Source of the DNA: Treponemataceae bacterium
GTDB taxonomy: Bacteria > Spirochaetota > Spirochaetia > Treponematales > Rectinemataceae
DNA length: 64,000 nucleotides
Direction: 5' to 3'
Assembly: GCA_963678065.2 (NCBI GenBank)
Contig: CAXXVZ010000002.1
Span: forward strand, 448,001-512,000
The translations under genes and the position numbers were made by a program. The notes below the pieces were generated by a model that saw only the letters and a program-made list of their open reading frames with translations, did no database searches and was not told the origin of the DNA. Of the stretch, positions 57,326-64,000 are shown one piece after another. Position 1 is the first letter of the stretch, and the number at the start of each line of letters is the position of its first letter.

Positions 57326-58416
57326 TCATCGCTCTCCTTGACCCTCCGGAGACTGTCGAGCTTGGACTGGAATGTCACATAGTGGGGAAGCTTGAGATGC
57401 GAGATGAATCCGGTGGCTTCCACCGAATCAACGTGGGGGAGGACGAATTCCTCGTCCTGGGTCGGATACCGCTTGTCCTCCGACTCGAGACACTGGTCGA
57501 GAATGCTCATCGCGATGGCTTTCGTTTCGTTCTGCCCGAAACAGATACCGTAGCCCATGTCGAACCTTATTTCGGAACGTCCCTCCGGCAGGGGAACAGG
57601 GACCGGCACGAGAGTTTCCACCTCGGTAATCCTGATGTCGCCGATGTAATAGGAGTCTTCGTCCCCCGTTCCGGAAAAAGGATCCGGGATGAAAACAGGG
57701 AGTCGTCCGACCCGCAGTTCCGCCACAGTCGGGTGCAGAACGCCGTAGCCCCGCAACGCGGCATAGCCGAGCGCGGTCACGGCCCCTGTCTGACCCCGTG
57801 TCAGTATCTGCAGCCTCTCGGAACGCACCGAGGGAAATTCCAGAACGGTCTTGGTGACATCGCGAGGCTCGCCATCATCGGGCTTCACTTCTTTCATGAA
57901 TCCCAATTTCCTGAGATGCCCGATCACCTTCGGAAAAGAGGGAAGAGGTACGCATTCCCCATCGGTTTTCGCCAGATAGCAGGAGAGCCATTCCGCGGCA
58001 TTCTCTTCAGTTTCCCCGAACAAATCCCCGTCGATGAGCCGGTGCGTGTAGTCGCACGAAGCGCCGAGAATCTGGCCTCCGGGGATATCCTTGAAGCTCG
58101 ACGATATCCTGCGTTCCACGAACATGAGTCCGGTATCCACTTCGAGGGAGTAATGCTTTCGCGGCAGCGTGGACCTGAAAGCCCGCATGAGGAAGACAGC
58201 CTCCTCGGGACTCCCTTCTGCCTGTTTGATCGCCGCCGCGGTCACTGTTTCATCGTGAAGACTCGCCTCGGACATGACCTGATCGACGAGAGCCCTCATC
58301 CCTCCCCGGATCGCCCCGACATCGGGCACCCTGCCTGTCCGAAGCCGCTCATAGGTGAGTTTCTCTATCGAAGCTTCGATAGCCTGCGTCCCTCCGCGAA
58401 CCGCGACATACGCCAT
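57322..58416 (-). CDS. phnI: C-P lyase PhnI
   Basis: MAYVAVRGG, KQAEG...EA.FLMRAFRSTL, PGGQILG, HPTVAELR, HLKLPHYVTFQS. Confidence 0.96.
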   Translation of the reverse strand: MAYVAVRGGTQAIEASIEKLTYERLRTGRVPDVGAIRGGMRALVDQVMSEASLHDETVTAAAIKQAEGSPEEAVFLMRAFRSTLPRKHYSLEVDTGLMFVERRISSSFKDIPGGQILGASCDYTHRLIDGDLFGETEENAAEWLSCYLAKTDGECVPLPSFPKVIGHLRKLGFMKEVKPDDGEPRDVTKTVLEFPSVRSERLQILTRGQTGAVTALGYAALRGYGVLHPTVAELRVGRLPVFIPDPFSGTGDEDSYYIGDIRITEVETLVPVPVPLPEGRSEIRFDMGYGICFGQNETKAIAMSILDQCLESEDKRYPTQDEEFVLPHVDSVEATGFISHLKLPHYVTFQSKLDSLRRVKESDE

Positions 58417-58417
58417 C

Positions 58418-59020
58418 TCAGCCCCCCCTTTCGATCCGCGTCGTGCGCGGGGCGAAGGCGAGACGTCCATTGCCGTCGATGAGGATCATATCGATTCCCA
58501 AAGGGTATTCCGCGTTTTTGACCGCTCTCGTGTCGACCCAGGACAGATCGCCACCGGCTTTCATGCGGCGGCTGGTCCGGATGCCGGGACCGGAGAACGT
58601 CAGAACTTCATGCCCGCCCGAGTCCACCGCGGGGGCGATGAAGGGCAATTCGAGCACGACCGTAGCTCCTCTGTGAGGGTCGGCGAGCGTTCCCGTTCTA
58701 GCCGCCTCCAGCACCCGGACCCCGAAGGGACAATCGGAAGAAATGAAGATGAAATCCGCTTCTCCGGGTTCCCGACGCCTTGCGAACGTCATGCGGGACA
58801 CAAGAGTCTCACACTCTTCCGAATGCCCGGAGGCAAAGCAAAATCCCGTTTCGGCGTCCAGAAGCGTGAGGGCGATCAGCAAAATCTCACGGGAGACGGG
58901 AAGTCCGGCGTCCAGCCTTCCGCATTCCGGTTCCAGGTCGACAATTTCTCCGGGGAAGGAGGCGGCCCTCATGATCTTCCTGAACACACTCTGGAGGTCG
59001 TGCACGGGATCGAGTTTCAT
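58418..59020 (-). CDS. phnH: C-P lyase PhnH
   Basis: QSVFRKIM.A.SFPG, TLLDAE, GTLADPH.GAT, GPGI, YPLGID, APRTT. Confidence 0.92.
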   Translation of the reverse strand: MKLDPVHDLQSVFRKIMRAASFPGEIVDLEPECGRLDAGLPVSREILLIALTLLDAETGFCFASGHSEECETLVSRMTFARRREPGEADFIFISSDCPFGVRVLEAARTGTLADPHRGATVVLELPFIAPAVDSGGHEVLTFSGPGIRTSRRMKAGGDLSWVDTRAVKNAEYPLGIDMILIDGNGRLAFAPRTTRIERGG

Positions 59021-59451
59021 TGTGCGATCCCCACATCCATGCTTTCAAACTCGACCCTGGTCCGCATTATGCGCGCAGCTTCCTCTTCCTTCCTTCTCGT
59101 CGTTTTCTCCTCTTCCGATTCGAGGAGCCAGTCCCAGGCAGCAGAATTCCTGAAGACTCCCCCGCATGCCGCGTCGATGATAGCGAGCTGGCGGGCAGCC
59201 TCCGGTTTGTGGCCCGCGATGATGCCGATTCCGATATTCCCGTCGATCATCACCTTGGCTTCGGTCACCAGGATTTCCCCGAGGTAGAAGAGGCTGGCCT
59301 TGGCCGTCTCCCGGACCTTGATCATGACGAGACCCTCGTTCGGGGCCTCCAGATCCACGACTTCGTGCCCCGCCTCAACTGCCGAAGCCAGACTCCGGAG
59401 GAATTCCTCCTGGCCTTCGACCAGGATTTTCGTTCTTCTCGCGCGGTTCAC
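59017..59451 (-). CDS. phnG: C-P lyase PhnG
   Basis: PNEGLVMIKVRE....FYLGEILVTEA, AIIDAA, TRVEFESM. Confidence 0.92.
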   Translation of the reverse strand: MNRARRTKILVEGQEEFLRSLASAVEAGHEVVDLEAPNEGLVMIKVRETAKASLFYLGEILVTEAKVMIDGNIGIGIIAGHKPEAARQLAIIDAACGGVFRNSAAWDWLLESEEEKTTRRKEEEAARIMRTRVEFESMDVGIAQ

Positions 59452-59529
59452 GGTTGTCCACCACCTTTGATGCCGGTGAGGATAGGCAGGGACATGTGTG
59501 GCATTCGTGTGGATTGAAAAAGGAATCGA

Positions 59530-59697
59530 TTAAAACTGCGAATACAGGTTGTTCGAGAAAAACAGCTGCCCGGCCCACGCTTTCTCCATTGAGTCCAGAT
59601 CAATCGCTTCCTGCCGGAAAAGATTCTCCGCAAAGATGATGGCCAATATCGTCGACAACGATGTGAGCAGAACCAGTATCGATTCCCCGATTTCCAT
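59530..59697 (-). CDS. 55-aa single-TM hypothetical protein upstream of phnG
   Basis: Below the ORF-track cutoff: MEIGESILVLLTSLSTILAIIFAENLFRQEAIDLDSMEKAWAGQLFFSNNLYSQF; AGGGTG upstream. Confidence 0.4.
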   Translation of the reverse strand: MEIGESILVLLTSLSTILAIIFAENLFRQEAIDLDSMEKAWAGQLFFSNNLYSQF

Positions 59698-59984
59698 TTT
59701 CACCCTGCCTTATAGAGAAATGGTATGGGGACCACCGACCTGACGCAAGCATGAAAATCGCAATTCATCAATTGCTGACGGCAATCTGATACAACGATTT
59801 CGCTTCGGGCGGGCTCTGCACAGACCGCGACCCCGGTCTTCAAGTGCGGCCATGACACGAATCCTCGAACTGAAGTTTTCCGTTTTTCTTCCCGTTCCTA
59901 TCCGGGATTTGCGCCACCATTCGGGATATCGTATCATCCGGATGAATGAGATCGTCGAGTCTCTCATTCCCAAGGAGAACAACG

Positions 59985-60476
59985 GTGAAAAAGATCCTGA
60001 TCGCATACGTATCGGAGACTGGTTCGACAAAAGAAGTCGCCGAAGAAATCGGACGCGTCATCTCGGAAGATGGATTTCAGACTGATGTCCAGCCTGTCTC
60101 CTCCGTCCTCTCTGCCGATCCCTACGACGGCGTGATCGTGGGGGCGCCCGTCAAGGGCATGCGCTGGCTGCCTGAAGCCCTTCAGTTCATCGAAGCGCAC
60201 AAAACAAGGCTTTCGTCGATTCCGACCGCATACTTCCTCCTCTCGGTAGCACTCATGGGCGACAGCCCACTCTTCAGCAAAAAAATCCCCTTCTGCTTCA
60301 AGCCCGCCTTTGCAATCGCAAAGCCGGCCGCGACTGCCTGTTTCGGAGGCGTAATGGCGAGCGAACCTCCTTTCATCCTGAGGCTGGTATTCGGCCTGAA
60401 AAAAGGGACTCCGAAAGACGGCCGCGACTGGCAGGCCATCAGGCTCTGGGCAAAAAAAACGGCCGCTCTGTTTTAA
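59985..60476 (+). CDS. Flavodoxin-domain protein (HemG-like)
   Basis: ILIAYVSETGSTKEVAE.I, YDGVIVGAP, FGG, DGRDWQAIRLWA; AAGGAG RBS. Confidence 0.85.
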   Translation: MKKILIAYVSETGSTKEVAEEIGRVISEDGFQTDVQPVSSVLSADPYDGVIVGAPVKGMRWLPEALQFIEAHKTRLSSIPTAYFLLSVALMGDSPLFSKKIPFCFKPAFAIAKPAATACFGGVMASEPPFILRLVFGLKKGTPKDGRDWQAIRLWAKKTAALF

Positions 60477-60617
60477 TCTTTTCCTGACCGGCCTGTGACC
60501 CGCAGCTCATCTCCGTGATCCACAATCATTCTGGTGTGCGATTGCCGGTCCGCTCGTCAAGTCCGGTTCAAATCGTCATTATATCCGTAGTCGGAAGGAC
60601 GGGATGGAACGATCGTC

Positions 60618-61781
60618 ATGAATAACAACGACTTTATGCCCTCCTTTCGGGAACTGGTCGATTCCAGTCCGGCGGAGACCCTTCTTCCGGAATCCCGACA
60701 CGTGATACTGAGCGATCTTCACATGGGCGACGGCGGGGGCAGGGACGACCTTGCCCACAACAAGAATCTCATACAGACCGCCCTCCGGCAATGGTACCTC
60801 CCGGAAGACTATACTCTCGTTCTCAATGGCGATATCGAAGACCTCAGCAAATTCGATGACGGCAGGATACGGAAAGCCTGGAAGGAACTCTACGGAATCT
60901 TTGACGAGTTCGCCGCGAAGGGGAAATTGCGAAAAATCCTGGGCAACCACGATCTGTCGATTCTGAATGGGCCGGGCGGCGCGTACACATGGAGCCACGG
61001 ACTCTCGCTCTCGTGGAGCGGGGAGAAACTTTTCTGTTTTCACGGCCACCAGGCGAGCGGCTTCTTCGCCAACATGAACTACGTCTCCGATTTCATTGTA
61101 CGATATCTCGCAAAACCGCTCAGAATCAGGAATGCGGGAATCTCGGGGGATTCCAGGCGCCGCTACACCGCCGAGCACCGGATTTACAGGGCTTCGCGGG
61201 AAAGCGGCATCATCACGATCACCGGCCACACGCATCGTCCTCTCTTCGAGTCTTTTTCAAAATATGACAGCCTCCGCTGGTCAATCGAAAATCTCGTCCA
61301 GGAGTACATCGAAGCGGGTCCGGAACGGAAACAGGAAATCATCCGGCTAGTCGGCATCTACCGCTCCGAACTCGAACGTCTTTCCCCCCGCGACATGCGC
61401 TACGACCTCTCCACAAGTCTGTATGATATGAAATCCCTCCTCATCCCCTGCATGTTCAATTCCGGCTGTGCCACTGGAAAAAACGGACTGACCTGCATCG
61501 AACTCGACAGGGGTTCCATCTGTCTCGTCCATTGGGCTGAAAAGGAGGCCCGAAGGGAATACATCGCGAGGGAATCCGGCACGGACCGAATCATCCGGAA
61601 ATCCGGATGCACGCGGTACATTCTCAGGGAGGATACGCTTGACCATGTGTTCACCCGCATAGAACTTCTCGACGGCCGGAAGACAGGGGAGCACAGACTC
61701 GCCGGCAGGCATGACCAGGCCGAGGCGGCAGGAGTAGCGGAATATCCCGAAGCGTTTGACGAAATACTCATGAGCCGATGA
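60618..61781 (+). CDS. Calcineurin-like metallophosphoesterase
   Basis: SDLH, NGD.ED, GNHD, FHGH, GHTH, FNSG. Confidence 0.85.
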   Translation: MNNNDFMPSFRELVDSSPAETLLPESRHVILSDLHMGDGGGRDDLAHNKNLIQTALRQWYLPEDYTLVLNGDIEDLSKFDDGRIRKAWKELYGIFDEFAAKGKLRKILGNHDLSILNGPGGAYTWSHGLSLSWSGEKLFCFHGHQASGFFANMNYVSDFIVRYLAKPLRIRNAGISGDSRRRYTAEHRIYRASRESGIITITGHTHRPLFESFSKYDSLRWSIENLVQEYIEAGPERKQEIIRLVGIYRSELERLSPRDMRYDLSTSLYDMKSLLIPCMFNSGCATGKNGLTCIELDRGSICLVHWAEKEARREYIARESGTDRIIRKSGCTRYILREDTLDHVFTRIELLDGRKTGEHRLAGRHDQAEAAGVAEYPEAFDEILMSR

Positions 61782-61945
61782 TGAAACTCTCATTCGGGCC
61801 ATGTATGTTCATATCAGGTAAAAATTGTACGTTGCCGGCTGATTTCGTTCGATACGGAGCCGACAGAGGTTCCTGCCGCACGGCGCGCGGTAAAAAGGAT
61901 TTGCGCCATACTTGAACGGTCAGACAGCCGCCATCACATTTTCAG

Positions 61946-61978
61946 TAGCGCGACCCTTGTGGTACGCGCTATTTTTTT
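61946..61978 (+). terminator. Intrinsic terminator between the convergent phosphoesterase genes
   Basis: TAGCGCG...CGCGCTA followed by T7. Confidence 0.6.
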
Positions 61979-61993
61979 AAGCTGCACCGAAGA

Positions 61994-63085
61994 CTATGGA
62001 TGGTTGTCTTTTTCCGTGAGGTTGTTGTCTCCGATCCGACAGGCTTCCAGGGGCATCTCCGCGAGAATATTGGCGACGAGTTTCCCGTTCGGACTTTCCC
62101 TCGAACCGGCAATTCCCGTGTAATGCCAGGGGCGCATGGTTTTCTTTTTCATCCACCGGACAAGGCGTATCGTGCCCGCCTCGATTTCCAGTGCATTGAG
62201 ACAGCGTATGCCGGCTGCCGGTCCCGGATTGAAAAGCAGAGGTTTCAGCGGGTTTTCAACGCAGGATTCCAGACGGCGCGGGAGGTCTGCGGCCTCTCCG
62301 CGTTCCCGGCGGATCTCCTTTCTGTACAAGTCTATCAGCGCATCGACAAAACCGGGTCCCGAGGAGGGATCGGGCAGGCCTTTCTCCCGGACAAGGCTTT
62401 CCACGGCGGTGCGCAGATCCCAGGCTATCGTTCTGGAAGCAAAGAGTGCCCGTCCGGTGTGTCCGCTTATGGTAATCAGCCCCATGTCGGCGGAAGCCTG
62501 GTACAGTCTGCGCTCGGTCCTATAGAGACGATCGGGGTCAGCCATGTCGTTTTCATCCCGGATACGGCGCGGTTTTATGATATAGCTGTCTACAAAATGA
62601 CGGTAATCCCGACCCGCGAAATACTTTGAAGCCTGGTGGCCATGAAGTATGGCTATCTTCTTCCCCGCAGCGTCGAGAACGAGGCAATGGAGAAGGGGCC
62701 AGGGATAGTCCGGTTTCCGCAAAAGCCCCAGATCCCTTTCGCCCAGTATTTTCCAGAAATGTCCCGAATTATGGAATTCGTCAAAAATTCCGTAAAGGTT
62801 CCTCCAGGCTTTCAGGATGTCCTTACGCCAAAAACTCCGGAGGTCCTCGCAGTCGCCGTTCGCGACAAGGGAATAGCCTGCGGGTCCGTACCAGCCGGAC
62901 AATGCCGGCTCCAGAATGTCCCTGATTCCGGAGAGCGTGTCAGAGCGGCCGCCATCGCCCATCCACAGGTCTCCGATGACGACAATGCGTGAGGTCGGAG
63001 CCAGGTATTCGACAGGAGCGTGTGCCACGAGGGACGTGAACGACTCGAAAAATTTTTCGTAGCGGATGAGAGGCCTCCCTGACAA
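61994..63085 (-). CDS. Metallophosphoesterase paralog with degenerate metal ligands
   Basis: Colinear with 60618..61781 but has GDLW, GERD and GHTG. Confidence 0.78.
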   Translation of the reverse strand: MSGRPLIRYEKFFESFTSLVAHAPVEYLAPTSRIVVIGDLWMGDGGRSDTLSGIRDILEPALSGWYGPAGYSLVANGDCEDLRSFWRKDILKAWRNLYGIFDEFHNSGHFWKILGERDLGLLRKPDYPWPLLHCLVLDAAGKKIAILHGHQASKYFAGRDYRHFVDSYIIKPRRIRDENDMADPDRLYRTERRLYQASADMGLITISGHTGRALFASRTIAWDLRTAVESLVREKGLPDPSSGPGFVDALIDLYRKEIRRERGEAADLPRRLESCVENPLKPLLFNPGPAAGIRCLNALEIEAGTIRLVRWMKKKTMRPWHYTGIAGSRESPNGKLVANILAEMPLEACRIGDNNLTEKDNHP

Positions 63086-63184
63086 GTCATCACGTTGACA
63101 GGAAGCCGTTCGGATTTAGTGAGAAGGGCGCGAGATTCATGTAAAACCGTCCGAAACCGCCGGTGTGGTTCGGCCTAGCCCGGA

Positions 63185-63967
63185 TCAGCGGGATGGGCGG
63201 GATCGAAGGAGCCGCAGCGCGAGTTCAGGGCCGCCGACTTTCGCGAAGGAGTGCAGATGATGGGAAAAGTTCCATTCGAGCCCGGATCTGACTCTCAGTT
63301 CGATCCGTCCTCCCGCGGCGATCATCGCGTCACGCATCTCAAGGGAGGCGGATGCCGGTACGATCGTATCTCTGCTGTTGCAGAAGGCGAAGACGGGTAC
63401 ACGCGCCGCACGGTCAGCCAGGGAGGGGTCGCCTCCTCCAGAAATCACTACAGCGCCGGTCCATCCTTCGCCGGCAGGACCTTCCGGGTGGCGCAGAAGG
63501 AGGTCCCAGACGCCGTGTCCGCCCATGGAAGAGCCCACGAGATAGATCCGGCGCGGGTCGATATTTTCGGTCCTCGTTATTTTACACAAGGCTGACCATG
63601 CCTCCCGCATCGCCGGACTTTCGGGAATATCCGCGATCGAATAGTTGCCCCACGCGGAAACATCGACCCATTTCGACGATACCGGAGCGCGGGGAACAAA
63701 AATGAAGGCTGGCTCTGCGGAGCGAACCCGTGGATCGAGGAAGGCCTGTACCGCTGGGTCCGTCAGCGGCGTTACCGATTTTTTCCAGCCGCCCGTTCCG
63801 TGGAGGATCACGACGAGGGGGAATCCCGGTGGGGGAGCCGTTCCGGCTTGCCCTTTGCGCGGCGATCTGTCCAGAGCGCCGGCATCGGGTCTGATGAGGG
63901 TGTATGTGATAACTCCGGAAACGTGGACTTCTGCGCTGATCACGGGCTTTGCAACACAGGCATTCAT
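63185..63967 (-). CDS. Alpha/beta hydrolase (phospholipase/carboxylesterase-like)
   Basis: PLVVILHG.G, FVP, IDPRRIYLVGSSMGG.GVW, D.IVP. Confidence 0.8.
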   Translation of the reverse strand: MNACVAKPVISAEVHVSGVITYTLIRPDAGALDRSPRKGQAGTAPPPGFPLVVILHGTGGWKKSVTPLTDPAVQAFLDPRVRSAEPAFIFVPRAPVSSKWVDVSAWGNYSIADIPESPAMREAWSALCKITRTENIDPRRIYLVGSSMGGHGVWDLLLRHPEGPAGEGWTGAVVISGGGDPSLADRAARVPVFAFCNSRDTIVPASASLEMRDAMIAAGGRIELRVRSGLEWNFSHHLHSFAKVGGPELALRLLRSRPSR

Positions 63968-64000
63968 TACCCCCCCCAAGCAGACAATCAGAATGAGAAG

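Overview
GC-rich bacterial chromosomal window, probably from an anaerobic diderm such as a Spirochaetota member. That assignment is an inference from signal-peptide-type solute-binding proteins and gene content, not from marker genes. The window is a mosaic of modules. (1) 1-11.4 kb: a GntR-associated sugar-acid catabolic cluster (KDPG/KHG aldolase, two SDRs, ThDP E1alpha/E1beta, an E2 that has lost its catalytic motif, 2-hydroxyacid dehydrogenase, UxaE-like epimerase, atypical transaldolase-family aldolase, YhcH, FAH hydrolase) sharing one operator motif. (2) 11.4-12.2 kb: decayed GNAT and MerR genes. (3) 12.2-24.7 kb: a TetR-associated module (UroD-like protein, RarD, TRAP transporter, acylating aldehyde dehydrogenase, FAD/Fe-S/FAD oxidoreductase) with a recurring palindromic operator. 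(4) 24.8-35.1 kb: a LacI-associated glycan locus with two GH127-like enzymes, an ABC transporter and two phosphoesterases. (5) 35.1-40.4 kb: a foreign-looking insert between an FGE pseudogene plus tRNA(CAT) 3' remnant and an IS scar, carrying DUF4405, a degenerate tannase and an OmpR-type two-component system. (6) 40.4-63.1 kb: a phosphorus cluster (PIN-PhoH, Pfk, Ppk1, Ppx, C-P lyase operon, an active plus a degenerate metallophosphoesterase). Inside it sit three small paralogous ribbon-helix-helix-like genes, one fused and two split, around a palindromic operator array. No CRISPR array, rRNA, intact tRNA or intact mobile element was seen. Several starts were moved from the ORF track to RBS-supported codons. 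All family calls are by motif recognition; no searches were run.
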